Positions 1-13,717 of a stretch of 64,000 bases of DNA are shown piece by piece (the stretch's first letter is position 1; each line of letters begins with the position of its first letter). The DNA is from Mytilus californianus (Eukaryota), in assembly GCF_021869535.1 (NCBI RefSeq), contig NW_026262690.1, positions 91,822,001 to 91,886,000 of the forward strand. Direction: 5' to 3'. A program made the translations under genes and the position numbers. The notes beneath the pieces were generated by a model, which saw only the letters and a list, made by a program, of their open reading frames with translations, was not told the DNA's origin and made no database searches.

Positions 1-1317
1 TTCAAGCTGAATTAACTATCCGTTATAAAAGATTATCGACTCCATGGTCATTGTTGGTTTCAATAAGGCCTAACCTACATATTGTGTTTACTCAGAGTTC
101 AAGAGAGGAACATATAATAGATCCTTTTAGTAAATAATGTGTTGTTACTGTTTCAAAAAACGTTTACTTTTTAATGTATATTTTTTTAACAGAATTACTT
201 AGGAACAATGTTTCTTTTATAGAACAATATAGGAAATAATAAAAATAAATAAACATTTTTTTACCAAACGCCTTATTTTTTTTTCTGATGACCATATTTT
301 TGGATGACACAGTAGCAAATGCATAGTATTATAATAGATGAAATGAAAATATGCAGATACTTTTTACATGTACAAGTCTTAATATTGTCTTGTCAGTAGG
401 TTCCTCTTTTAAAAAAGCCTAGACATGCATCAGAATCACAAGGCTTAACGAATTTTATACCAGTTCATTTATTATTAACATTTGAAGATTCGTATAATTT
501 CGTGTTAACCATTTAGAAATTCATATTGATTTGGAATCAAGAAATGTCGAAGTCCTAATGAAATTGTCTGTTTTTTTATGACTTCATCATTCTTCAACAA
601 CAGCAAAAACAGACGCTCGGCTTGAAAAAAACCACCACCAGCCATTTTTTTTTTAATAAAACCAAAGCAAAAAAACATCTTTAAACTAGACGGGATACTT
701 ACCATGTTTACCTCACAAAACCTATTTACCATACAAACAAACCATTTCAAACTACGATGATATGAATTTTCTTCCTGGTTTTGAAAGAACGATTCTTTTT
801 TTAGACATGAACGCGGCTGTGAAAGAAAGCACCCATTTTTCATTGTAATCGTAAGTTTACGTTACGTTTACAATCACCTTTGTGAAACACTTGTAGGTAA
901 AATCTTACGCTTAACGTAAGTTTAATCGTAAACGTAAATCGTACGATTCTTTGTGAAACGATGGCCTGGTATCTATAATGAGTTTATTTCATAGAGCCCG
1001 TAAACTTTGGTACGAATAAACTTGTCGATCCTTGGAATACACTTATTCTAAAAGGTTACCACTTTAACACTGCAATTAGAATTTTGAATACTGTTGTTAT
1101 CGGTAAATATATTATGCTATACAGTTATTAACACTTTTTATAGTCGTGCATCCTGTCGATACTTACATTATGGCATTTCATAAGGCCATGGTTTTTCTCA
1201 GACTGTTTATGACGTCTTTAACTATACTAAATCCATTGGATTTGTACTGATTAATATTTTGACTTGGGTACATAATTTTTGGTTATTTGTTATTGGCATT
1301 GAACTAGCTTTCAGTAT

Positions 1318-1395
1318 CTGCAAGTACTCTCAGATCGGTGTTTTCTGCAAGTACTCTCAGATCGGTGTTTTCTGCAAGTACTCTCAGATTGGTAT
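1318..1395. repeat. 27-bp tandem repeat, ~3 copies, inside a fragment of an abundant dispersed repeat
   Basis: CTGCAAGTACTCTCAGATCGGTGTTTT starts at 1318, 1345 and 1372. Confidence 0.85.
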
Positions 1396-3849
1396 TTTAT
1401 GTCTAACGTTTTTATAAGTTGTATTTTGTGGTGCGTAGTATCGATCTGATGACTGAAGTCCCTTTCAACTTATATTTAGAGATTATTTAACAACATTGTA
1501 CCATATTAGTGGGAGGGTTATCAAACGTAGGTTAGAGGAGAGTTAACTCACTACAAACGCCACATTCTGTTTGTACCTGACAAAATGTGAAATAATTCAA
1601 AAGTAAAAACCAATAGCCTGATTTGAGGCAAAACAACAAACGAAAAACAAAGATAACAGACAGCAGCCTACGACAACCACTGAATTTCAGGTTCATGACT
1701 TGGAGCCGGCACACATAAAGTGTGGTGGGCTTTAACATTTTGGTGAGCGCTTAATCATCCTCATAACCTTGGATAATGATGTATTAACACAACATAGGAA
1801 CAAACAGTAAACATCAATCGGAAATGGCTTGACTCGTCAGATTGGCACGAAGCACAAACAACAACTAACATAAAGACGAAAGACACAAAGTACCGATTAT
1901 AGAGTACTCCCATTCACTGAAAATGTGTTTAAATATACAATATCAATTTATAAATAAATCTTGTTCCCTAAGACTTTAGTATCAATCAGTGCACACACCT
2001 GCTATTTTCGATTGGGAGATTTACGCCGTAGAAATTTGTTCAGTACGCTGCAAACAGTAAATAAGTGATAATTTTAGATTATCCAACGCAAGTGCTTTTC
2101 CAACTATATTTTTGTCCCGAGAAGTTCCAAAGGATGTTCCAAATAACATATAGGTTTACGATAGCTGATAGTGTACCTTCTTTTCTTGATCTGCTGATGA
2201 AATCTTGTGAACTATGGAACTAATCTGAGGTTTTCTTGCATTGTTACTTCACATTGCTAAATGTACGATAATATATCTGTTTACATGGTTTTCCAAAGCG
2301 ATGCCAAAAGGAATGAATTGATGGTTTATGGAAGGCGAGTCGTAATTTTTTTCTTCTTCTAGTAAACAAATATACTTAGCAAAACGTTAGTGATCTACAC
2401 AAGAAAAAAATACAGGTAAAAGTAATTACAAAATATATCCTTTATTGTTGATAATTGGACGTTTTTACTTCAAATTATTATTGGGTATATTTCACGATTA
2501 TGAAGTATGTAGCTAAAATAATTACGTGATAATAAGCGCCTTTAATTAATGTTGTGATTCATTTCAATTTGACCATATGATCAGGATAGCAGGTAAAACA
2601 CATAGACAACAATGCTTCACGATCAATACCTGAACAGATGTTGAAAAATGTTATTATTATACCGAGCCATAATTCATTCAGTATTTCTGCTTTCTTTACA
2701 AAATATATAGTACACGTGGAGTATATTAATTATGTTTGTTTGTGTATGATTTTTTACAGTAAAAGTAAAGAATGTGAATTATGTGGTATTGATACAAACA
2801 CAAAATGCTGCATCTTCATATGTGATGTTTAATTCTGGATGTATATAGCTTGTTGGAGATTCATATTACAGTGTTAAAATTGTTGATTTTTGGTTCGATA
2901 GAAAAATGCTTAATGTTGTTTAAAAGGTGAGTGCTTTTGAATTGTAAAATCGATAATCATTTTTGCTATAACAAATTGCTATTGTAGCCGTAACTGGATT
3001 TAAAATACAAAACAAATATAGGTGAGCTAATTGTCTTTTTTTCTTATTTATTTATGACTAATTTTGTTTACTTGTTCTCAGAAACGATTATATGTTTTCA
3101 TAATTATTTGAAATTGAGCAACGAACTTCCTTTTAATGACAATTCAAAATACGCGAAACTTTTGAATTAGTTATGCTGTTGAACTCTTATTTCATTTTGA
3201 CTTTTGACATTTTGTCTTTTCCTTTGCTCACTGATTCGTCAAACTATTGAACAAACATTGTTACAATACGCAGTATCAACTTTGTTACGTAACAGAGAAC
3301 TGTTTTATCTAATTACATTTGCTGACGGCCGTATGACAAACTTTTTCTTGACAAATAGCTTTACCTTGCGACCACGTGTTTTGTCTTACGAGCAACTTTA
3401 AATGTACTGAACGATTATTTTTAAAACCTTACACAGTGAGAAATAAATTTCCATTATACAATAAAATGATTTACACCACAAACAATAACATGTTTATGAC
3501 CTTACAACTAACACTATTGAATCACTTTACTTGCATTTCAACCAATTTCATTACCTTGCGACTAACTTCAAATTCACTAAACCATTGAATACAACATTAC
3601 CTAACGATCAAATATATCACCTTCCTATGTTTGCTTTACTGTTCAACCCAATTAATTAATTTTCTATCTAAAATCGCATTACTTGTGAATGTGGGTTTAA
3701 CTGTGTGTAAAAGGGGTGCATGCTCTTTAAAATAATAATTTGTATCAGATGTCATGTGAAAAATTAGTTCCCATCCATTAGAAATTAGGAAAAAAATAAA
3801 TACAACATTGACTTGATCTATATGTTATTGACACTTTTTTAACGACAAT

Positions 3850-5995
3850 TGCATGACCTCACGACCAACCAACCACATTACGACAAATCGTATGACGGTA
3901 CGACTAATTGTATTACTTACCTTACGACAAATTGTATGACCTTACGATGGAATACATGATCTTATGACCAACCACATTCGCGCCTTACGACGACTTGCAT
4001 GACCTTACGACCAACCAATACATACTAATCTCCCGACCAAACACATTACGTACCCTACGACAAAAACTGCGATCTTATGGCCAATCATATTACTAACTTA
4101 ACGACGGGATGCATGACCAAAAGATCAACCAAAATACACACCTTACGACGAATTACTTGACATAATGACCATATTTCTTACTTTACGACGGAATACATGA
4201 CCGTATTACCATCATCATTACATAACGTATGACGAAATGCATGAACTTACGACCAGCCACATTATGTCACTAATGAAACTAGAGGCTCTAAAGAGCCTGT
4301 GTCGCTCACCTTGGTTTATGTGCATATCAAACAAAGGACACTCTCCAACATTGTAGACGAGAATCGACTTCATGAAAACAATCTCTATTTTGTTGATCTT
4401 GTATTACTGATCTTCTAGTCTTTTAGTTTCTCTCTATCTTCTTTAGTTTTTGCTCAAAACAAAAAAGAGGGTAAAAAAAATCCTCATTTAAGGGTAATCA
4501 CTCCTATGAAGAGTGACAGTCTACTAACTATATCGGCAAAATTTGACTTTTTAATGGATCTTGCCTTGCTGATCAGTTTTGTGATTTAAAGTGTCTATTG
4601 ATCTATTATAATTTAAATCATATAAGGCATAACGGAAAAAAAATGTTTCTCTCTAAATATCATAGTTTTCATGATAATAGGCAAAAATGGAAAAAAATGG
4701 TAAAATTTGTCATTTATGGGCAATAACTCCTATACAATTTGTCTAACAGTTTTGACTTATATGGACAATTGGTAGAGCTCATTATTTTGAACATTTTTGC
4801 TCCTTTCAGATTTTCTCTATTTATGACGGTTCAAAAAATAATAGACAAAACTTGCATTTTACTCCTATGTTCTATTTTTAGCAATGTCTTCCATGTTGGT
4901 TCGTAGGCAGGGTCATCGGACACATTTTTAAAACTAGATACCCTAATGATGATTATGGCCAAGTTTGGTTAAATTTGTCTCAGTAGTTTCAGAGGAGAAG
5001 ATTTTTGTATAAGATAACAAAAATTTAAGAAAAATTGTTGAAAAGGGCAATTACTCCTTAAGGGGTCAATTGACAATTTATGTCATGTTAATTTATTTGT
5101 AGATCTTACTTTACTGAACATTATTGCTGCTTACAGTTTATCTCTATCTATAATAATATTCAAGATAATAACCAAAAACTGAAAAATTTCCTTAAAATTA
5201 CTATTTATGGGGAAGCAACCCAACAACGAGTTGTCCGAATCGTCTGAAAATTTCAGGGCAGGTAGATCTGAACCTGATAAACATTTTTACCCCCATGTCA
5301 GATTTACTCTAAATTCTTAAGTTTCAGAGATATAAGCCAAAAACTTCACCCCTATGTTCTATTTTTAGCCATGGCGGTCATGTTGGTTGGCAGGCGGGGT
5401 TGTCTGACATATTTTTAAACTAGATACCCCAATGATGATTGTGGCCAAATTTGGTTAAATTTGGCCCAGTAGTTTTAGAGGAGAAGATTTTTGTAAAAGT
5501 TAACGGACGACGGACGCTAAGTGATGAGAAAAGCTCACTTAGGTGAGCTAAAATGTATGACCTTAAGATCAATCGAATGACTTTCCTTACGACGGATTAC
5601 ATGACTAAAAGACCAACCACAATATATACCTATGACGAAATACATGACCTTACGACCAATCGTATCACTTTCCTTACGACGGAATGCATATCCTTATTAC
5701 CAACTGCTTTACCTAACTTATGACGCATGGCATGACCTAACGACCACCTTCAGTATGTACCTTAGGAAAAATTGTATGACTTAAAAGACCAATCAAATTA
5801 CTTTCCTTGCGGTAGAATACTTGATCTTATGACCAACCACAAAATATATCTTATGACGAATTGCATAACATTACATACATAACGGCTAATTGCATCATCT
5901 TGCTAACCAACCGCCATGCGCAACTTACAACAAAAATGCATGACAAAAAACCACCAACAGCATTACGCACTATACAAAGACATGCATGACATTAT
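3850..5995. repeat. Degenerate ACGACC/GACCTTACGAC-motif tandem repeat region split by an inserted element at 4277-5553
   Basis: Repeated gcatgaccttacgaccaaccacattac-like units on both sides of the insertion. Confidence 0.7.
4277..5553 (+). mobile_element. Non-autonomous Helentron-associated (HINE-like) element, copy 1
   Basis: 5' hairpin GGCTCTAAAGAGCC, subterminal inverted repeats GCTCACCT...AGGTGAGC, short GACG microsatellite near the 3' end, A/T-run flanks; homologous to 31186-32236 and 48910-50024. Confidence 0.7.
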
Positions 5996-6637
5996 GACGT
6001 TACCAGTGGCGAATTCAGGGGGCGACAAAGGACGTATGCCCCCCCCCCTCTTTTTGATAAGTAAAAACTTCATTTTTTTTTGCATAAAATCGTCCAAAAA
6101 ATGTTTGGACTCGCTTCGCTCGGCACTTTACATGGTATATATTCAGTTTTATGGAAGAACTCCCCTCTTTTCAAAATTCCTGTATCCGCCTTTAGTTACT
6201 ATGCTCGAACTATAAATTCACCACAGCATCAACTCCATTGCTTAAATGTATGCTTCTTATTGCTAATAACTGTTTTAATGTACGTTCAGCTACCAATTAT
6301 CGTTATGGCAAAACATTAATACTTGTATACACATGACGTCTACCTTGCTACCAAATTTTAAAAAAAAAATAACGACTAACTATAAAATTCAGGTAATTAT
6401 ATGAATATATCAAAAGAGTTAGAAATCTAAAAATATTCTTGGAGACACTCATTACAACATATGGAGATAAAAAAAGATGTAACAGAGACATAAAAAAAAA
6501 CATTTGTCTCTTGATGTAGCTAGCTTTTTTTCAGTAAAGATTTTCTATTCGCGTTTTTTAACAATCTTTTTTCAGTCATTTAAATCGTAAAGACGTTATA
6601 AAAGATGTTCACTACAGTCTGTTAGTCTGACTGAAAT

Positions 6638-6785
6638 CAGGGGCGGATCCAGCCATTTTTAAAAGGGATGTTCCAACCCAGGAGAAAAGGGGGTGTTCCA
6701 AATATATGGCCCCATTCAAATGCATTGATCGTCAAAAAAGGGGTGTTCCAACCCCGGACCCTCCCCCCTTTTGGATCCGCCACTG
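6638..6785. mobile_element. Short MITE with CAGGGGCGGATCC/GGATCCGCCACTG termini
   Basis: Terminal inverted repeats; GAAAT on both flanks; related degenerate copies at ~6003-6190 and ~19330-19452. Confidence 0.65.
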
Positions 6786-7399
6786 GAAATAGAATTAGTG
6801 GTACAACTACCATTGATAACTAGCCTTTCTGCAAACGCATCAAGTTAAGTTACTAGTAATGATTCTTGAATTTTTTTATTCTTTATACTTTTTGGCCATT
6901 ATTCTCTATTCTTTACATTTTAGAACCTCGTTATTCTCTATTCTTTATTTTTTTGTTCCATTTTTCTCTGCTTTATATTTTTTGCCCATTAGTCTCTATT
7001 CTGTAAATCCCCATCCTTACCCTCAGTAACAAGAAGCAAGTCTTGAAGCCTGTAACTGTCGATTCAATGTACGATTTTCAATTAATTATCTATTAACAAT
7101 GAACGTATGAGCTACTATCGTCTATTTTGTGTGATCCCAACCATATATCAATCGGTTTCTTTGAACCACCAGCATACATTGATACATGTACAATTAATGA
7201 TAATGATTGTATTTATAATCAAACAAAAGTATGATAAAAATGGAATCATTGATTTAAGAAATATGATTGATTCACAATGACGATGTGACAGGACTTTCCG
7301 ATTTGATTCTAAATGAATGATACTCTTTGTCAAATGATGCCTTTGAAAGGAGGGGGGAGGGGGTCCATTAACAGGTGAACAATTTTTAATTTTGCTCAA

Positions 7400-7742
7400 A
7401 ACAGGTAACAGGAAGTTAGTAAATAACAGTTAACAGCACATATATTTTCAAAATAACAGATAACAAAAGTTTAAAGATGCCTAAAACACTTTAACAGTTA
7501 ACAACAATGTCAATTTTATAAATCAGATAACAGCTATTTAGTCAATAACAGTTAACAGCACATAAATTTTCAAAATAACAGTTAACAAAAATTTAAAAAT
7601 GCATAAAACAACTTAACAGTCAAACACAGTGTCAATTTAAAGAAAACAGATACCAGCTAATTAGTCAATAATAGTTAACAGCACATATATTTTCAAAATG
7701 ACAGTTTACAAAAGTTATAAAATGCCTAATACACCTTAACAG
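7400..7742. repeat. ~119-bp tandem repeat rich in AACAG(T/A)TAAC, ~3 copies
   Basis: aataacagttaacagcaca recurs near 7422, 7545 and 7668. Confidence 0.7.
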
Positions 7743-8076
7743 AAAAGATCTTGCCCCCCCCCCTCCCTCTGTAAACACTTTCTGAAATAAAGTTAAAGAA
7801 AACACTTCGCTGTAACTTATCATTTTATCGATTTGATTTAAAGCATATGGAACTCTCTGTCAAATATCATGATGCATATACACTTCCTGGAGTGAGGGGT
7901 AAAGAAAACACTGCTGTATCTGATATTTTATTCCGATTTGATGATAAAAGCATGATTCACTCTGTTAAATAATATCTACACTTTCTGCAGAGAGAGGTTA
8001 AGAAAACACTATGTTGTAAATAATATTTTTTCCGATTCGATTCTAAATGCAGTATTCTCTCTGTCAATTGATTTCT

Positions 8077-9697
8077 GTAAACACTTTCTAGAGTGAGAGG
8101 TAAAGTAAACACTTTCTGAATTGAGAGGTAAAGTAAACACTTTCTAGAGTGAGAGCTTAAGAAAACACTTTCTAGAGTGAGAGGTAAAGAAAACACTTTC
8201 TGGGTGAGAGGTTAAGAAAACATTTTCTAGAGGGAGAGGTGAAGAATACACTTTCTAGAGTAAGAGGTAAAGACGACACTTTCTGGAGTGTGAGGTAAAG
8301 AAAACAAGTTTTGGAGTGAGAGGTAGAGACAACACTTTTCGAAAAGGGAGGTCAAGAAAACATTTTCTGGAGTGAGATGTAATTATAAAGTGAACACTTC
8401 TGGAGTTTGAGGTATAGACAACACTTCTGGACTGTGAGGTAAAGACAACACTTCTGGAGTGAGAAGTTAAGACAACACTTTCTGGAGTGAGAAGTAGAGA
8501 AAACACTTTCTTGAGTGAGAGGTAAAGACAACACTTTTTGGTGTTAGAGATAAAGAAAACACTTTCTGTATTGAGAGATAAAGAAAAGATTTCCTGGAGT
8601 GAGAGTAAAGTAAACACTTTTGGAGTGAGAGGTTAAAACAACCCTTTTCCGAAGTGAGAGTAATGAAGACACTTTCTAGAGTGAGAGGTAAAATAAACAC
8701 TTTCTAAATTGAGAGGTTACGTAAACACTTTCTGAATTGAGAGGTAAAGTAAACACTTTAGAATTGAGAGGTAAAGTAAATACTTTCTGAATTGAGAGGT
8801 AAAGAAAACACATTCTGAATTGAGAGGTTAAGACAACACTTTCTGAATTGAGAGGTTAAGACAACACTTTCTGAATTGAGAGGTTAAGACAACACTTTCT
8901 GGGGGTGAGAGGTAAAGTAAACACTCTCTGGAGTGAGAGTAAAGAAAATTCTTTCTAAAGTGAGAGGTAAAGTAAACACTTTCTAGAGTGAGATCTTAAG
9001 AAAACACTTTCTAGAGTGAAAGGTAAAGAAAACACTTTTCGAAAAGGGAGGTCAAGAAAACATTTTCTTGAGTGAGAGGTAATTATAAAGTGAACACTTC
9101 TGGAGTTTGAGGTATAGACAACACTTCTGGACTGTGAGGTATAGACAACACTTCTGGAGTGAGAAGTTAAGACAACACTTTCTGGACTCAGAAGTAAAGA
9201 AAACACTTTCTTGAGTGAGAGGTAAAGACAAAACGTTTTGGTTTGAGAAGTAGAGACAACACTTTTTGGTGTTAGAGGTAAAGAAAACACTTTCTTGAGT
9301 GAGAGATAAAGAAAAGATTTCCTAGAGTGAGAGTAAAGTAACTTCTGGAGTGAGAGGTTAAGACAACCCTTTTCCGAAGTGAGAGTAATGAAGACACTTT
9401 CTGGAGTGAGAGGTAAAGGTAACACTTTTTAGAGTGAAAAGTAAAGACAACACTTTCTGGTGTAAGGGGTAAAGAAAACACTTTCTGGTATGAGAGGTAA
9501 AGACAACACTTTCTGGAATGAGAGGTAAAGAAAACACTTACTGGTGTAAGAGGTAAAGAAAACACTATCTGGAGTGAGAGGTAAAGAAAACACTTTCTGG
9601 TGTAAGAGGTAAAGACAACACTTTCTGGAGTGAGAGGTAAAGACAACACTTTCTGGAATGAGAACTAAAGAAAACACTTTCTTGAGTGAGAGGTTAA
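8077..9697. repeat. 28-bp minisatellite (GAGGTAAAGA(C/A)AACACTTTCTGGAGTGA), ~55-58 units
   Basis: 28-bp periodicity read directly, e.g. line 9601; explains the spurious - strand ORFs at 7957-9710. Confidence 0.9.
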
Positions 9698-10772
9698 ATG
9701 AAGTTGGCAACTGTAGGTCACTGTACGGCCTTCAATAATGAGAAAAACACAGACGGCACAGCAAGCTACAAAAGACCCCGAAACGACAAATATAAAACAG
9801 TTCAAACGAGAAAGTTAATGGTCTCATTTATGTACAAAATAAACGAAAATACAGCAACAAACGACAACCAGTCTTCTGACAAAGGACAGGCCCATACAGG
9901 ATGTGGAAGGGTTAAACTTTTTTTTTGTTAGTAAACAAGTGAAAAATACACGTATAGAACGTTACTAATCTACCATTATACTTGATTTTTTACTTGACTT
10001 TTATATGTAAATATGTCCACTGATTTATTTTTGTAAATCAGAATAACGGTGTTAAACATAACAGTTTTATTGATTTCATATTGTGACTATACTGTGTAGA
10101 TCGATCCTGTTTTTTCTTTTGTACAATGCTTTTTTAAAGGCAATGACCGTCAACGAGCAACATTTAAATGACACCAGCTTGGTCTTGCACATGGCTCTGC
10201 TTCCACTGCACTTGTTTAAACATTTACAATATATAAACTGTATACAAAGTTTAAAGTATGATTGCATGAGAAATCCACGATGGTATAAAAATCAGCCATA
10301 TACGAAAACCTTGAAACAATTAATTTAAATTGGTTATATCCATGATCGATTGATGTGTGCTTAACTTCCAGTGGCAAATATTTCCTGTATGTTCAGGACG
10401 AGCCCAGTCCAACTGAAACTTAAAACTAAAACTATATGTTGAACTAGATCAAAGACAGTGACAATACTATTCACCTAGTAATCTCGAAGGTGTGGATCAT
10501 TCTCTCCATATTTCCATCTAATTTACTTTTAAATCTTAATAGATTTTATGTTTCGATTGAATAGATATCCCCCCATAGAGCAATTTTACTAGTCACTGTA
10601 ATCTTTTTTCTGTGTAAAAACTTCGTCATAACCCCCCCCTCCCCCCCCATTCCCTTAAAATCCAACCAATAAGGAACATCTCACCGCCTCTAGTACATAA
10701 TGTTTGTATACAAAAAAGTAATTAACAAAAAATCTAAGGTAAATTCAAAAAGGGGGAAGTCCAAAAAACTGA

Positions 10773-11168
10773 TTAAGGATGTTCGCTACTTTATTTCAAA
10801 ATAACAAGCTTTTTAAATGACTGATTTAAAATGATAGTATATAGATAAAGGGACTATAAAAGCAGAAAAAAAATGAAGGGTCCGTGTGCTTGTTTTCGAG
10901 ATATAAGTCATTGAAAATTTTGCGGGAAACGATTCTCTCTAGATTTTTCATACTGTTTACATTGGCCGCTTTTTTGTTTCAAAAACTATGAAAAAATAAC
11001 AAGGATTTTATAAGATTTTCAAATATGGCTTTTAAAACTATACGTAATAAAATTATAAAAAAAGTAGGGGTTAGCGGGCAAATTTGTTTAATGGCAATAC
11101 ATGGATAAAACCAGAGGATTCCGAAAGTCTGACAAAAATTCAAAAACAAGAGGAGCAAACATCCTTAA
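10773..11168. mobile_element. MITE flanked by TTAA (Kolobok-like)
   Basis: TTAA-GGATGTTCGCT ... AGCAAACATCC-TTAA; partial second copy at ~50270-50545. Confidence 0.65.
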
Positions 11169-12452
11169 ATCAAACGTTATAATATATCAACCAACGGAAT
11201 GAATAGAAACAAGCGTCATATTACTGACTTGGTTTAGGCATTTCCCGAAGAAAATGGTGGGTTAAACTTGGTTTATATATACGCTAGTCTTTAATAGATA
11301 TTACCAAAGACATTTGATACTGAGATTAAACGGTAAAAGGATTCGATTAAGCACAATGTAGTGATGTTTACTGGGGGCGAAATGGAATTATTTCACACTT
11401 ACAATTTCAAACGCATAATTGATAATGATAATAATGATATGAATGAAAGGCGCATTTTGACAAACCAATAAATTTATTAAAAGCGAGCAGATATGAAACA
11501 CAAGCATCAAAAATTTTCAATGATCTTACATAAAGATAAACATGAATAATTTGCTGTTTACATTTTACGCAAATTAAAATGTAAATAAGTAACCAAACTC
11601 TGTAAAATATTGTTTCCAAGCTACTTTCGAGGATTCACAGTCCGAAGGTATGATCCATCCAATTGTTAGTGATTAGGTACCAACGATATAGTTTGTCTGC
11701 AAATGGAACGAATACAAAATCTATTAAAATTGAGGTTAAAATTACTCATTCAATGGTAATGCACTAGATCCTAAAATATTTCTTATGGTAACCATTTTCT
11801 TCCTTTTCCTTATATGCTTCCGATGTTTTATATATGCTTGTCCATCCCGAGTACTTGGTAAACATCCCTGGATTTTTTTTTTATTTGTGCTCTTTTCTTT
11901 TCTTACTTTTCTACTTTTCCTTTTATGTTTCCGATATTTTATATATGCTTGTCCTTCCTGAGTACTTGGTAAACCTCCCTGATTTTTTTTTAATGTGTGC
12001 TTTACTTTTTAGCGTTGGTTGCTCATTTTTTGTGATTTTAAAATTCGTGGTTTCCTAATCTAAAGGATAATAAATAATTTTATTGTTTGTGCATCAAAAT
12101 GAAATGACGCCATTGGTCGAATTTCTTTTCTTGATAACCAATCACAACGTTTTTGCTGTACGCTTTTGAACATGTATTATAATATTTTAAATTATATGCT
12201 GTTTTTTTTGTGGTTTTTTCTTTGGCACTGCTTCACAAAATGTCTGGTTTATTTTTTTTTCAGATTTGTTTCTTCTTGGAACTGCTTTGAGAAAATTCTA
12301 GTCTATGTAAGCTATACTTTTATTTTTATTTTTGAACGTACCTTGAAAGATTATTAAGAAAAAAAGTGCGCACCCCAAAACGACCCTTTTTGATTTTATC
12401 AGCTTTTCAACGTTTGTATTAGGTTTTGGACTTTCAAATATTTTGGCCTCGA

Positions 12453-12496
12453 GCATCACCGAAGAGACATTGATTGTCGAAATGCGCATCTGGTGT
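12453..12496 (+). ncRNA. Solo minimal type I hammerhead ribozyme motif (U4C core variant)
   Basis: GCATCA-CCGAAGA-GACA TTGAT TGTC-GAAA-TGCGCA-TC|TGGTGT: stems I, II and III pair; core reads CCGAAGA rather than CUGANGA. Confidence 0.7.
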
Positions 12497-13612
12497 AGAA
12501 AAATTGGTACCGTTAATGTTATTAGTATGTTTATAGATCAGCATTGGGAATTGTTCTGACATCATATACAGTAACCTCAATGATCCAAAGACAAGTATTT
12601 CTGACAGTCGGGTTCCATTGGGAATAGTGTTTCTCACTAAAATAGCAGTTAATATCATAAATTCTGTAAAAACTTCAAAATTAAAAATTAAAAAGCCAAC
12701 AAACCAAAAATGAAAATATTTCAATCCCAAGAACGGGAAAGGACCTAAACAGAACAGTAAAATTAGTTTATTGGGATTTTCTAACAAAATATGCCAAATT
12801 AATTATGTTTGTACATAATACTGTATTCTCATAGAGAAAGAGTATTAACTCAGTTATACAGTTGTCTGTTAATACCGACAAAAAGCCATCATGATGATAA
12901 AATTATATGTTACGCATGACAGAAGCATTATTTTTATGAACTTTATACCTTAAAGTCAACATCAAACATCAGTTAGACGAGTTATGATCGTCCCTGAATT
13001 TCCCATTCTGGTCAAAATTTCCGAACAGAAAAAAGACGGGAAACATACGAAACAAATCCAAAATGACAGTTACAATATATTTTAGAAATATATGACAATT
13101 TCAAATAATGTCTATATTTCAAAATTTATTTGAATAATAAATCGAAAACTCTTAAGACGGCTTGGTTTGTTGAAGAATCAGTAAAAAAATTTCTACCTTC
13201 AAGAATTTATATTTTAATTCACTGCGAATTTGTATGTAGGACTTTTGTTTTCGCTTTTCATCAATCAGTATAATATTTACTGCTGATAAGTAACGTTAAA
13301 CGAATGGCGTTGTTGTTTTGCTTTAGATGAAGTGCTGTTCTTGGCATCGTTCATTAATAAGTAAACTATCTTATATAAACAATAACTCATACTTTCTATT
13401 AATCAGTTGATTCTAAAGTCAATATAATTTAATTATTTATCTTATTCAACAGATGCTCTTTGCTGATACTTATTTTTTCTGCTTAAGCTCTGACCGTTAA
13501 CTTTTATCTTGATAAGCAGACACATACCAAGAGAATAACACCACAAGAACGACCTTCAATAGCTCTCTTAGCTGATAATATAATCTGTATTAACTATCAC
13601 CCATTAGATGCA

Positions 13613-13620
13613 TATATAAA
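13613..13620 (+). promoter_or_regulatory. Candidate TATA box for the membrane-protein gene
   Basis: TATATAAA ~98 bp upstream of GCCATGG; in an AT-rich run, so weak. Confidence 0.3.
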
Positions 13621-13710
13621 TATATACTATAGATTTTTCTACGTCACGATTTTGACGTTGAATTTGCTATACAAAAACCTTGTTTGAGATGGCCAGTTTT
13701 GTATATAGCC

Positions 13711-13717
13711 ATGGCTG
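13711..13717 (+). CDS. Putative first coding exon (M-A-G) of single-pass membrane protein
   Basis: GCCATGGCTG|GTAAGT: strong Kozak context and a consensus phase-1 donor matching the phase-1 acceptor at 20690. Confidence 0.55.

Noticed and set aside
505-843. 112-aa - strand ORF
   Set aside because: Low-complexity AT-rich translation overlapping a repeat terminus; no splice or domain support
7957-9710. Several long - strand ORFs and a CRISPR-like look of regular ~28-bp repeats
   Set aside because: Head-to-tail minisatellite with no unique spacers, no cas genes, and a eukaryotic context
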